Origin: Delftia acidovorans NBRC 14950
GTDB lineage: Bacteria > Pseudomonadota > Gammaproteobacteria > Burkholderiales > Burkholderiaceae_C
Direction of reading: 5' to 3'
Assembly (NCBI RefSeq): GCF_001598795.1
Contig: NZ_BCZP01000023.1
Coordinates: 1-32,000 of the forward strand
Length of the DNA stretch: 32,000 nt
Made by a program: the position numbers and the translations under genes. Within the stretch, counting starts at the first letter, position 1. Every line of letters begins with the position of its first letter. This document shows positions 10,430 to 19,932 of this stretch, piece by piece. The notes beneath the pieces are model-generated. The model was not told where the DNA came from and did no database searches. It saw only the letters and a program-made list of their open reading frames with translations.

Positions 10430-11419
10430 ATGCCCGATCACGCGCCCCTTGACGCTATTGCGCTACCCGCGTCCCTCCCATCTTCCCCCATCAACGGGCT
10501 GCCGTTGTCGGGCGTGCGCATCCTGAGTCTGGCCCTGAATCTGCCCGGCCCCGCCGCCCTGATGCGCTGTGCCGCCATGGGCGCGCAGTGCAGCAAGCTG
10601 GAGCCTCCGTCTGCACAGCCCGCTGCGGCCGGTGCAGCCGGTGTGGCCGGTGCAGACCCGATGGCGCACTACAGCCCGCAAGCCTATGCCGACATGCACC
10701 AGGGCGTTGCGGTCTGGCAGGCACAGCTCAAGAGCGAGGAAGGACAGGCGGCGCTGCACGATGCGTTGGATGCGGCCGATATCCTGCTCACCTCGTTCCG
10801 CCCCGCCGCACTGGCCAAGCTGGGGCTGGACTGGGCGTCGCTGCAGCAGCGCCATCCGCAGCTGTCGCTGGTGCGCATCGTCGGCAGCGCGGGAACCCTG
10901 GCCGATGTGCCAGGACATGACCTGACCTACCAGGCCGAGGCGGGGCTGGTACAGGGCGGCGCCATGCCACCCAGCCTGTTTGCCGACATGGCCGGTGCGC
11001 TGATGGCCAGCGAAGCCGTGCTCAAGGCCTGGCTGCTGCGCCAGCGCAGCGGCCACGGCAGTCTCCAGGAAACAGGCCTGGCCCAGGCCGCGCAGTGGCT
11101 GGCTTTGCCCTGGCATTGGGGCCTGACCCGACCCGATGGCGATGTGGGCGGCGCGCACGCAGGCTATCGCATCTACGCCTGCGCCGATGGATCGGTGGCC
11201 GTGGCGGCCCTGGAGCCGCATTTCGCGGCCCGCCTGTGCGCCGTGGCGTCGGTGAATGGCGATGGCAGCATCGCCAGCATGCGCAGCCCCGCCATGCATG
11301 CAGCCCTGCAAGCCTTCCTGGCCCCCTTGTCCTGCGCCGAGCTGGCAGACCTGGCCGAGCAGCACGATCTGCCCCTGCACCCTCTTCCCGGCCAACCCCA
11401 GGCACGGCCTCGCTTGTAG
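10430..11419 (+). CDS. Family III CoA-transferase (CaiB/BaiF-like), short and divergent
   Basis: 329 aa. The N-terminus PLSGVRILSLALNLPGPAA...GAQCSKLEPP resembles the family III Rossmann start, and GHDLTYQAEAGL resembles the catalytic-Asp motif. Confidence 0.78.
   Translation: MPDHAPLDAIALPASLPSSPINGLPLSGVRILSLALNLPGPAALMRCAAMGAQCSKLEPPSAQPAAAGAAGVAGADPMAHYSPQAYADMHQGVAVWQAQLKSEEGQAALHDALDAADILLTSFRPAALAKLGLDWASLQQRHPQLSLVRIVGSAGTLADVPGHDLTYQAEAGLVQGGAMPPSLFADMAGALMASEAVLKAWLLRQRSGHGSLQETGLAQAAQWLALPWHWGLTRPDGDVGGAHAGYRIYACADGSVAVAALEPHFAARLCAVASVNGDGSIASMRSPAMHAALQAFLAPLSCAELADLAEQHDLPLHPLPGQPQARPRL
10628..10654 (+). repeat. Three tandem 9-nt units inside the CoA-transferase gene
   Basis: GCCGGTGCA / GCCGGTGTG / GCCGGTGCA, in frame, encoding AGAAGVAGA. 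Confidence 0.85.
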
Positions 11420-11751
11420 GCGGACACCTAAAAGCACCACCTGCCCGCAACCTACAAGCCGCGCAGGTCATGGCTGGCAGCAGCATGCGGGCACGCTGCG
11501 GCCAATGACCCTCTTTACCGTAATAGCCCGCTCCTCTTAAATCGGAGTTGCGCATACAACCGGACAACCCGAACACATCTGGAAACACCCATAATCGGCT
11601 TATCTGGAGGCAGCCCCATGGTTCGAGAACATCCATCAACCGCCCGGATATCCGGGACGCGTCAGCCACCCAGCCATTCGGCGCCAGTTCTGCAGCGCAT
11701 TGGCGCCAGCGCCTGAGCCGCCCACACGGCCAACCCTCCCCTGCTCCGCCC

Positions 11752-14214
11752 ATGCAAAGCCAGCCCCCAGCCCATGTGCCGGTACTGCAGCTGGTGCAGC
11801 GCATCTGGCCCCTGGTGCTGGTGGTCGTGGTGCTGGTGGTCATGGCCAGCGGCAGCCTCTACCTTGTGTCTGCGGTGCGCGCCTTCGTGGCCGGGGAAAG
11901 CCTGTGGTCCAAGGCACAGAAGGACGCCATCTACGCCCTGAGCCGCTATGTGGACAGCGGCTCGGCGCGCGACATGGCGCGCTTCGAGCAGGCCATGGCC
12001 ATTCCCGCGGGCGACTGGCAGGCGCGCATGGCGCTGGACGATGTGCCAGCCAGGGTCAAGGATGCGCGTGCCGGCATTCTTCTGGGAGGCAACCACCCTG
12101 ACGATGCCGAGGCGCTGATCTGGCTCATGCAGACCTTCCGCCATGTCGAGCTTCTGGAAGAGCCTTATCGCTACTGGAAACAAGGCGATCAGTATCTGCA
12201 GCAGCTCGACAGGCTGGCCCAGGAGATAGAGCAGCGCCACGCAGTGGGCAGCGTCAGCGCCGAGGACGCCATCACCTGGAAGCGCGAGATCGAGCAGATC
12301 AACGCCGGCGTCACACCGGCCACCCAGCAGTTCAGCGCCTCGCTGGGCCGCAGTTCACGGCAGATGGTGATGTGGCTGCAGGGCATCCATCTGGTGCTGG
12401 GTGTGGCGCTGATCCTGGTGGCGCTCTGGCATACGCGGCGCATGCTGCAGCAGCGCCAGCAGGTGCAAAACGACCTGCTGACGGAAAAGGAAAGGGCCCA
12501 GACCACGCTGGCCTCGCTGGGCGACGCCGTGATCACCACGGACGCCCAGGGCGTGGTGGACTATGCCAACCCCGCCGCGCTGGGCCTGCTGGGCAGCAAC
12601 GAGCAGCAGATCAAGGGCCAGCACCTGGCCAAGGGCCTGCATTTCAACAGCATTGACGCCACCCAGACCGCGGAAAGCCTGCTGGCCCATTTGCTGTCGG
12701 GCCAGCAATTGCGCGAGGAGCACACGCGCTGGCTGCGGCGCCATGACCGCAGCATCGTGCCGGTCAAGCTCATGGGGTCGGCCATCAGCGGCGGTGGGGA
12801 GCGCCCGGCCGGTGCGGTGATCGTGCTCAGGGATGTCTCGCGCGAGCAGCAGTATCTGGACCAGCTGTCTTGGCATGCCAGCCACGACGGGCTGACCGGG
12901 CTGGAGAACCGCGTCGAGTTCGAGCGCCGGCTGCAGCGCCTGCTCAACCAGGGCCAGCACAGGCTGCGGCCCTCGGCCGTGCTGTACATGGACCTGGACC
13001 AGTTCAAGCTCATCAACGAGACCTGCGGCCACCCGGCGGGCGATGAGATGCTGTGCGAGGTCAGCCGCCTGCTGCTGCACAACCTGCGCGAGACCGACAC
13101 CCTCGCGCGGCTGGGCGGAGATGAATTCGGCGTTCTTCTGGAGAACTGCCCGCCCGAGCCCGCCCTGCGCATTGCCGAGAAGCTGCGCCAGGCGACCGAG
13201 GCCCTGCACGTGCACTGGGGCAAGCAGGTGCTGCGCACGGGGCTTAGCATCGGCCTGGTGCACATCGGCGGCGAGGTCCAGTCGGCCCAGGACCTGCTGC
13301 GCATGGCCGACATGGCCTGCTACCGCGCCAAGGAGCGTGGCCGCAACCGCATCTACGTCTACCGCAGCGACGATGGCGAGTACACCCGCCACGTCAGCGA
13401 GATGGAATGGGTGACACGCATACGTATGGCACTGGAGCAGGAGCGCTTTTGCCTGTACGCCCAAAGCATTGCACCACTGCAGCCCGACGGTCAGCGGGGA
13501 CTTCATTTCGAGGTGCTGCTGCGGCTGCGCGACGAGCAGGGCCAGATCATCTCGCCAGCCACCTTCATTCCCGCGGCCGAGCGCTACGGCATCATGCCCA
13601 CGGTGGACCGCTGGGTGATCGCCAGAACGCTGGCCACGCTGGCCCAGCATCCGGCCGCACTGCGCCACATCGACACCTGCGCCATCAACCTGTCAGGCCC
13701 CAGCCTGGATGACGACGGGCTACTGGACTTCGTGCAGAAACAGTTGAGCACACACGGCATTGCGCCGCAGTTGCTGTGCTTCGAGATCACGGAGACCAGC
13801 GCCATCGCCAGCCTGTCCAGTGCCACCAGGCTGATCCAGGCCCTGCGCACCCTGGGCTGCCGCTTTGCGCTGGACGACTTTGGCGTGGGCATGTCCTCGC
13901 TGACCTATCTGAAGCAGCTGCCCGTGGACTATCTGAAGATCGACGGCGGCTTTGTGCGCGACATGCTCCAGGACCCCAGCAACCACGCCATGGTGGAGAT
14001 GATCAACCGCATAGGCCACATCCTGGGCAAGCGCACCGTGGCCGAGTATGTGGAAACCCGCGAGATCGCCCAGGCCCTTCAGGCCGTGGGCGTGGACTAT
14101 GCACAGGGTTTTGCTCTGGCACGGCCCGTGCCGCTGGACACGCATTACTTTGAAAGCGGCGCCCAGGCCGCCCGCCGCGAATGGCAGGGCACGCTAGCGC
14201 CGGCCGCCAGCTAG
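11752..14214 (+). CDS. Membrane sensor diguanylate cyclase/phosphodiesterase (TM - periplasmic domain - TM - PAS - GGDEF - EAL)
   Basis: There are two hydrophobic segments (WPLVLVVVVLVVMASGSLYLV and LQGIHLVLGVALILVALW). The GGDEF motif is intact (RLGGDEFGVLL) with an RxxD I-site (RETD) 5 residues upstream. The EAL domain has EVLLR, EITE, DDFGVGMSSL, KIDGGFV and QG. I chose the ATG at 11752 over the TTG at 11548. Confidence 0.92.
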   Translation: MQSQPPAHVPVLQLVQRIWPLVLVVVVLVVMASGSLYLVSAVRAFVAGESLWSKAQKDAIYALSRYVDSGSARDMARFEQAMAIPAGDWQARMALDDVPARVKDARAGILLGGNHPDDAEALIWLMQTFRHVELLEEPYRYWKQGDQYLQQLDRLAQEIEQRHAVGSVSAEDAITWKREIEQINAGVTPATQQFSASLGRSSRQMVMWLQGIHLVLGVALILVALWHTRRMLQQRQQVQNDLLTEKERAQTTLASLGDAVITTDAQGVVDYANPAALGLLGSNEQQIKGQHLAKGLHFNSIDATQTAESLLAHLLSGQQLREEHTRWLRRHDRSIVPVKLMGSAISGGGERPAGAVIVLRDVSREQQYLDQLSWHASHDGLTGLENRVEFERRLQRLLNQGQHRLRPSAVLYMDLDQFKLINETCGHPAGDEMLCEVSRLLLHNLRETDTLARLGGDEFGVLLENCPPEPALRIAEKLRQATEALHVHWGKQVLRTGLSIGLVHIGGEVQSAQDLLRMADMACYRAKERGRNRIYVYRSDDGEYTRHVSEMEWVTRIRMALEQERFCLYAQSIAPLQPDGQRGLHFEVLLRLRDEQGQIISPATFIPAAERYGIMPTVDRWVIARTLATLAQHPAALRHIDTCAINLSGPSLDDDGLLDFVQKQLSTHGIAPQLLCFEITETSAIASLSSATRLIQALRTLGCRFALDDFGVGMSSLTYLKQLPVDYLKIDGGFVRDMLQDPSNHAMVEMINRIGHILGKRTVAEYVETREIAQALQAVGVDYAQGFALARPVPLDTHYFESGAQAARREWQGTLAPAAS

Positions 14215-14227
14215 AGGCAAAGGCGCG

Positions 14228-16723
14228 TCAGCGCGGCTTGCGACCGCCCGGCGCCGCCTTGCGGCCCGAACCGGCAGCGCCCGCAGAACGGGAAGGACCA
14301 CCCACACCGGGGCGCGGCGGCAGGCCCGTGTGCTGGGTCAGCATGCGGCCCGGCTGGGGCTGGCTGGAACGGAAACGCACATCGCCCGCAGGCTCGCGCG
14401 ACTCTGCCAGCACCTTGCCCGGCCCGGCATTCTTGCCGCCGGCCTTGTTGAGGGCGTAGGCCTTGCCTTGCTGGGATACCACGGCACGTGCGGCCACGCC
14501 CGTGCCCTGCGTGCTGTTCTTGCGGCGCGCGCTCTGGTAGCCGCCATCGACCAGGGGCTGGAAGGTGGGGATCAGGTGCTGCTTGCCGTTGCCGATGAGG
14601 TCGGCACGGCCCATGGCCTTCAAGGCCTCGCGCAGCAGCGGCCAGTTGTTCGGGTCGTGGTAGCGCAGAAACGCCTTGTGCAGGCGTCGGCGCTTTTCAC
14701 CGCGCACGATGTCCACCGACTCCTCGTTCACGTCGCGCATCTCGCGGCGCACCTTGGTCAGCGTGTTGCGGCCCGAGTGGTACATGGCCGTGGCCGTGGC
14801 CATGGGGCTGGGATAGAAGGTCTGCACCTGGTCGGCGCGGAATCCGTTCTTCTTCAGCCAGATGGCGAGGTTCATCATGTCCTCGTCGCTGGTGCCCGGG
14901 TGGGCCGCGATGAAGTACGGAATCAGGTACTGCTTCTTGCCCGCTTCCTCGCTGAACTGCTCGAACATCTGCTTGAAGCGGTCATAGCTGCCGATGCCCG
15001 GCTTCATCATCTTGGTCAGCGGCCCGGACTCGGTGTGCTCGGGCGCAATCTTCAGGTAGCCGCCCACATGGTGCTGCACCAGCTCCTTGACGTACTCGGG
15101 CGACTTCACGGCCAGGTCGTAGCGCAGGCCCGAGCCGATCAGGATCTTCTTGATGCCCGGCAGATTGCGCGCGCGGCGGTAGATCTTGACCAGCGGGGCG
15201 TGGTCGGTGTGCAGGTTCTGGCAGATGCCGGGGAACACGCAGCTGGGCTTGCGGCAGGCGGCCTCGATCTCGGGGCTCTTGCAGCCCAGGCGGTACATGT
15301 TGGCCGTGGGGCCGCCCAGGTCGGAGATGGTGCCGGTGAAGCCCTTGACCTTGTCGCGGATGTCCTCGACCTCCTGGATGATGGACTCCTCGGAACGGCT
15401 CTGGATGATGCGGCCCTCATGCTCGGTGATGGAGCAGAAGGTGCAGCCGCCGAAGCAGCCGCGCATGATGTTGACCGAGGTGCGGATCATCTCCCAGGCC
15501 GGGATCTTGGTCTCGCCTTCATGGCTGCCGCTGGCGTCGGCATAGCTGGGATGGGGGCTGCGCGCATAGGGCAGGCCGAAGACCCAGTCCATCTCGGCCG
15601 TGGTCAGCGGAATGGGGGGCGGGTTCAGCCACACATCGCGCGCGGTCACGCCCTCGCCGTGGGCCTGGACCAGGGCACGGGCGTTGCCGGGGTTGGTCTC
15701 CAGGTGCAGCACGCGATTGGCGTGTGCGTAGAGGATGGGATCGGCCTTGACCTGCTCGTAGCTGGGCAGGCGCAGCACGGTCTTGTCGCGCGGCGGCTGC
15801 TTGCCCTTGCCGCGCAGCGACGGGTTGGGTACGAACTGGATGGTCTGAACGGCGGCGACCGAGGCACCGTCCGGCTTCGCGGCGGCATCACCCTCTTCCT
15901 TGGAGCAGGTCTGGCCCTGGGCCTCGGCCTGCTCGCTGGTGGTCATGTAGGGGTTGATGTGGGGCTCGACCACGCCGGGCTCGTCCACCACGGAGGAGTC
16001 CAGCTCGAACCAGCCCGCCTCCGACTCGCGGCGGAAGAAGGCCGTGCCGCGCACATCGGTAATGCTTTCCACGGGCTCGCGCGCGGCCAGGCGGTGGGCC
16101 ACCTCGACCAGGGCGCGTTCGGCGTTGCCGTACAGCAGGATGTCGCACTTGCTGTCCACCACGATGGAGCGGCGCACCTTGTCGCTCCAGTAGTCGTAGT
16201 GGGCGATGCGGCGCAGGCTGCCCTCGATGCCGCCGAGCACGATGGGCACGTCCTTGTATGCCTCACGGCAGCGCTGGCTGTAGACAATCGCCGCGCGGTC
16301 AGGGCGCTTGCCACCCACGTCGCCCGGCGTGTAGGCATCGTCGGAACGGATCTTGCGATCGGCCGTGTAGCGGTTGATCATCGAATCCATGTTGCCCGCC
16401 GTCACGCCCCAGAACAGGTTGGGACGGCCCAGGGCCTTGAAGGCCTCGGCGCTCTGCCAGTCGGGCTGGGCGATGATGCCCACGCGAAAGCCCTGCGCCT
16501 CCAGCACCCGGCCGATCACCGACATGCCGAAGCTGGGGTGATCCACATAGGCATCGCCCGTCACCAGGATCACGTCGCAACTGTCCCAGCCAAGCTGGTC
16601 CATCTCGGCCCGGCTCATCGGCAGGAACGGGGCCGTGCCGAAGCGCTTGGCCCAGTACGGTCGGTAGCTGGTCAGCGGCTTGGCAGCGCGATGGAAAAAG
16701 GAAACGTCAACGGGGGCGTTCAT
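14228..16723 (-). CDS. ygiQ: YgiQ-family (UPF0313) radical SAM protein with a long basic C-terminal tail
   Basis: It has the typical N-terminus [34 protein letters not shown] and the radical-SAM cluster motif [10 protein letters not shown] chose the ATG at 16723 (MNAPVDV...). Confidence 0.9.
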   Translation of the reverse strand: MNAPVDVSFFHRAAKPLTSYRPYWAKRFGTAPFLPMSRAEMDQLGWDSCDVILVTGDAYVDHPSFGMSVIGRVLEAQGFRVGIIAQPDWQSAEAFKALGRPNLFWGVTAGNMDSMINRYTADRKIRSDDAYTPGDVGGKRPDRAAIVYSQRCREAYKDVPIVLGGIEGSLRRIAHYDYWSDKVRRSIVVDSKCDILLYGNAERALVEVAHRLAAREPVESITDVRGTAFFRRESEAGWFELDSSVVDEPGVVEPHINPYMTTSEQAEAQGQTCSKEEGDAAAKPDGASVAAVQTIQFVPNPSLRGKGKQPPRDKTVLRLPSYEQVKADPILYAHANRVLHLETNPGNARALVQAHGEGVTARDVWLNPPPIPLTTAEMDWVFGLPYARSPHPSYADASGSHEGETKIPAWEMIRTSVNIMRGCFGGCTFCSITEHEGRIIQSRSEESIIQEVEDIRDKVKGFTGTISDLGGPTANMYRLGCKSPEIEAACRKPSCVFPGICQNLHTDHAPLVKIYRRARNLPGIKKILIGSGLRYDLAVKSPEYVKELVQHHVGGYLKIAPEHTESGPLTKMMKPGIGSYDRFKQMFEQFSEEAGKKQYLIPYFIAAHPGTSDEDMMNLAIWLKKNGFRADQVQTFYPSPMATATAMYHSGRNTLTKVRREMRDVNEESVDIVRGEKRRRLHKAFLRYHDPNNWPLLREALKAMGRADLIGNGKQHLIPTFQPLVDGGYQSARRKNSTQGTGVAARAVVSQQGKAYALNKAGGKNAGPGKVLAESREPAGDVRFRSSQPQPGRMLTQHTGLPPRPGVGGPSRSAGAAGSGRKAAPGGRKPR

Positions 16724-16798
16724 GATGGGCGGTTCGGCTTCTGGGAGCCTGTGCGGAAGGAACCGGCCAGTGTACGTTTCGGCACTCAACCCTGCTGG

Positions 16799-17791
16799 CT
16801 AAGGGTCTTGCTCCAGCCCCCTGATACGGCCTTCCTGCTGCTGCCAGCCCGACCTCTTTGCGGCCTCCTGCGCCAGATAGGCCTTGGGCGTATGCCCGGA
16901 CCAGCGGCGGAAGGCCCGCGCAAACACCTTGGGAGAGTCGTAGCCCGCGTTCTCTGCGATGCGGGCCGATGACAGCCCGCCGGCCTCCATCTGCTGGGCG
17001 GCCAGCGCCATGCGGTGCGCCGTCAGGTAGCCGATGGGGGTGGCGCCCACCAGCTGCTTGAAGCGCATGCTGAAGCGGGTGCGCGACATGCCGGCCTCGG
17101 CCGCCAGCGTCTCCACGCTCCAGCTGCGCTGCGGCTCCCGGTGCATGCAGACGATGGCGCGGGCAATGCAGGCATCGCCCAGGCCCCGCAGCCAGCCTTC
17201 ACCCACGGCGGCCTCGCGCGCCAGATGCTCGCGCAGGATGTTGACCAGCAGCAACTCGCCCATGCGCGCGGCCGACAGGCGCCAGCCCGGACGCCGCGCC
17301 AGCGTCTCCAGAGTGAGCGACTGCATGGTGGCGGCCAGGCAATCGGCCAGCGGCAGATCGCTTGCGCGGATATGGATCAGCGGCGGCAGGATGCGGAACA
17401 CCGAATGCCGGCAATAGGCTGAAAACCACAGCAGGGCCGAAAACATGTCGGTCGCCTCGCCCCCGCCGCCATGGCTGAAGACCAGCGGATTTTCGTCCTG
17501 CGGGCCTTCGGCATGGCGGGAGATCAGCCGCGAGAACAGCTCGCAGGCCGTGCCCAGGTCCGAGGCCACCACATGTGCCGCGCCCATGGGCAGCATGATC
17601 AGGTCGCCCGGCTCGACCCGCAGCGGCTGCATGCCCTCCACCTGTATCCAGTAAGGCGCGCCGCGCGCCATGCGGATCATGGCGCCCGTGACGCCCGTGG
17701 ACTTCAGGCTCCACGGCGCGGTCAGCGCAAAACGCGCCGTCACGGCGCGCTCTGACCGGCAAATATCGAGAACTTCGCTCAGCACATCCAT
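16799..17791 (-). CDS. AraC-family transcriptional regulator with an N-terminal cupin-type sensor domain
   Basis: The start MDVLSEVLDICRSERAVTARF is typical of cupin_6/AraC regulators. The C-terminus has a double HTH (SVETLAAEAGMSRTRFSMRFKQLVG ... IAENAGYDSPKVFARAFRRWSGHTP). Confidence 0.88.
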   Translation of the reverse strand: MDVLSEVLDICRSERAVTARFALTAPWSLKSTGVTGAMIRMARGAPYWIQVEGMQPLRVEPGDLIMLPMGAAHVVASDLGTACELFSRLISRHAEGPQDENPLVFSHGGGGEATDMFSALLWFSAYCRHSVFRILPPLIHIRASDLPLADCLAATMQSLTLETLARRPGWRLSAARMGELLLVNILREHLAREAAVGEGWLRGLGDACIARAIVCMHREPQRSWSVETLAAEAGMSRTRFSMRFKQLVGATPIGYLTAHRMALAAQQMEAGGLSSARIAENAGYDSPKVFARAFRRWSGHTPKAYLAQEAAKRSGWQQQEGRIRGLEQDP

Positions 17792-17858
17792 GGGGTCGTG
17801 GCATCCTTGATTCCGGGCCGATGTTAGCCAGCGCCGGCCACGCAACCACCCGGCAGGG

Positions 17859-18098
17859 CTAGCGGTTTACCCTAGGCTGAAGATCCTGCCGCGCCGCCTG
17901 CACCAGCTCGGAGAACTGCTGGGCGCTGCCCAGCCGCTCGGCCGCCAGCAGCGCCAGCTTGACCAGAAACAGCTCGGACTGCTGCGGGCCTGCCGCGTCA
18001 ATGGCCGTGGCCAGTTGGTCGTAGACGGCCTCCAGACCGGCGATATCCAGGGTGCCGGGCGATTCAAGCGTGTCGGGCGATGTGTGTGCTTGGCTCAT
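17859..18098 (-). CDS. Small protein resembling DUF2783, a partner of flavin monooxygenases
   Basis: 79 aa. Its ATG overlaps the monooxygenase stop (ATGA at 18095-18098). The helical segment FLVKLALLAAERLGSAQQFSELVQAA resembles DUF2783 sequences as I remember them. This is not verified by search. Confidence 0.6.
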   Translation of the reverse strand: MSQAHTSPDTLESPGTLDIAGLEAVYDQLATAIDAAGPQQSELFLVKLALLAAERLGSAQQFSELVQAARQDLQPRVNR

Positions 18099-19831
18099 GC
18101 CTGGGCTCCTTGCGTGCAGGTGGCGTTGTCGAGTGCGGATTGCAGGCGCCGCGCATCCAGCGCCAGCCAGCGTGCGCAGACATGCTGGTCGGGCCGCAGC
18201 AGGTAGGCGGCGCCAGAAGGTGGATCGGCAGGCACGCCATGGCGTTCGCGGCAGCGGCCCTGACTATCGGAAAGGGTCAGGTCAGCGCCCTGAACTGGCT
18301 GCGGCTCCGCCTGGCTGGAGATGGCCACGATGCGCAGGCCCACGCCGCGGCCGCGCACCACGCGGGCAACCTCGCTCAAAGCGGGTGGCACGGCCGAGCC
18401 ATCGGTGAAATACAGCAGGTCGAAGCCGCCGCCCAGGTGATCCAGCAGATAGTCGTCCGGCGCCAGGCACACGTTCTGCGGCGGCGCGCCATGGGCGGGG
18501 CCGCCCTTGAACAAATGGTTGTCGTCGTCCCTGCTGTTGAGAGGCGAGCGGGCGTACTCATGGGGGCGAGATGTACGCCAGTGGTACAGCGGGCGCACGA
18601 AGGCCTGGGTGAGCGACAGCGACAGCACGGCATCGCGCAGCAGCCGGAAGCCGCGGGAAGGCGGCGCCATGAAGCGCGTGCTCTTGCCGGCCTCTTCGAC
18701 AATCTCGCGCGCAGCGCCCACGCGCTCGCTGCTGTAGCTGTCCAGCAAGCGGGCCGGCGCCACGCCCCGCGCCACCAGGGCCAGACGCCAGGCCAGGGCC
18801 TGCGCATCCTGAAAACCCGTGTTGGCGCCGCGCACGCCGAAGATGGGCAGCATGTGGGCCGCATCGCCCGCGAAGATCACGCGGCCGTGCACATAGTCCG
18901 GCAAGGTCAGCGCGCGGGCCGAGTAGACCGAACTCCAGTCCATTTCCCAGGGCGTGCCGCCAAAGCCGATCATCTCCAGTTGCGCGTCGATGCGCGCCTT
19001 GAGCGATTCGGGCTGCAGTGCCTGCCGCGGATCTTCGCCTGCTGGCAACTGGTAGTCCACGCGCCAGATGCCGTGCGGCTCGCGGTGCATGAGGATGGTG
19101 TTGCCGGGATTCCACACCGGATCGAAGAAGGCCAGGCGCTCGGTGGGCAGCGGCAGGTCGATGCGGATGTCGGCAATCACGAAGCGGCCTTCGTATGACG
19201 CCCCTTCCATGACCAGGCCCATGGCCGTGCGTATGCCCGAGCGTGCGCCATCGGCTGCGACCAGCCAGTCGGCTTCCAGCGCATACGGCCCCTCGGGCGT
19301 GTCCACCTGCAGCCGCGCTTTTGCAGCGGCGCCTTCGCCAAACTGCTCCACCCGCTCCACGCGGTTGCCCCAACGCAACTCGATCAGCGGATGGGCCAGC
19401 ACGGCATCGACCAGGTACTCCTCCAGGTACTGCTGCTGCAGGTTGATCATGGGGAAGAAGCGGTCGTCCTCGCTGTGCGGTGCTTCCATGCGAAACACGC
19501 GCTGGCCCCGGTAGAAGGAGTTGCCAAAGCGCCATGGCAGCCCGCTGTCGCTGACCCGCCCGGCCACGCCCACCTGCTGGAGGATCTCCATGGAGCGGCG
19601 CGTGAAGACGATGGCGCGGCTGCCTTCGGATACCTGCAGCTCGGACTCCAGCAGCACGCATCGCTGCCCGTGGCGCGCCAGCTCCAGTGCCGTGGTCAGG
19701 CCTACCGGCCCCGTTCCGACGATGACGACGGGGTGCCGCTGCATCCCCGGATGCTCCGATGGCAGCCAGGGCCGATGCACCTGGTAGCGGTAGTAGATGG
19801 ACTGCCTGGGCTGGGCATGGGGCTGGTGCAT
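18095..19831 (-). CDS. FAD-dependent aromatic-ring monooxygenase (PheA/TfdB/MhpA-like class A flavoprotein hydroxylase)
   Basis: 578 aa with the GxGxxG motif VVIVGTGPVGLTTALELA, the DG motif AADGARSGIR and the motif GDAAHMLPIFGVRGANTGFQDAQALAWRL. An SD (GGAGA) lies 6 nt before the ATG at 19831. Confidence 0.9.
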   Translation of the reverse strand: MHQPHAQPRQSIYYRYQVHRPWLPSEHPGMQRHPVVIVGTGPVGLTTALELARHGQRCVLLESELQVSEGSRAIVFTRRSMEILQQVGVAGRVSDSGLPWRFGNSFYRGQRVFRMEAPHSEDDRFFPMINLQQQYLEEYLVDAVLAHPLIELRWGNRVERVEQFGEGAAAKARLQVDTPEGPYALEADWLVAADGARSGIRTAMGLVMEGASYEGRFVIADIRIDLPLPTERLAFFDPVWNPGNTILMHREPHGIWRVDYQLPAGEDPRQALQPESLKARIDAQLEMIGFGGTPWEMDWSSVYSARALTLPDYVHGRVIFAGDAAHMLPIFGVRGANTGFQDAQALAWRLALVARGVAPARLLDSYSSERVGAAREIVEEAGKSTRFMAPPSRGFRLLRDAVLSLSLTQAFVRPLYHWRTSRPHEYARSPLNSRDDDNHLFKGGPAHGAPPQNVCLAPDDYLLDHLGGGFDLLYFTDGSAVPPALSEVARVVRGRGVGLRIVAISSQAEPQPVQGADLTLSDSQGRCRERHGVPADPPSGAAYLLRPDQHVCARWLALDARRLQSALDNATCTQGAQA

Positions 19832-19890
19832 GGGGGTCTCCGTCGTGCGTCTTGTTCAGGGCGCAGTGTAGGCAGCACCGGCCATGGCGA

Positions 19891-19908
19891 TGTCCCCAGA
19901 TGGGGACA
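19891..19908. promoter_or_regulatory. 8-2-8 perfect inverted repeat (candidate operator) upstream of the monooxygenase
   Basis: TGTCCCCA-GA-TGGGGACA lies 60-77 nt upstream of the monooxygenase ATG and just downstream of the luxR stop. A 2-nt loop is too tight for an RNA hairpin, which favours a protein-binding site. Confidence 0.4.
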
Positions 19909-19932
19909 GACTGCGGCGCCCACCTCGGGGGT

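Noticed and set aside
10463-13668. Antisense ORFs 10463..11440 (325 aa) and 12355..13668 (437 aa)
   Set aside because: They lie opposite the CoA-transferase and GGDEF-EAL genes respectively. There are no motifs and the composition is that of a shadow ORF.
14330-16972. 880-aa plus-strand ORF covering ygiQ and part of the AraC gene
   Set aside because: It is antisense to two well-supported genes and crosses their intergenic gap. The composition is low-complexity and there are no motifs.
18080-19661. ORFs 18080..19198 (+) and 18558..19661 (-, alternative frame) inside the monooxygenase gene
   Set aside because: The 18095..19831 frame carries all three flavoprotein hydroxylase motifs. These frames are Arg/Ala/Pro-rich with no features.
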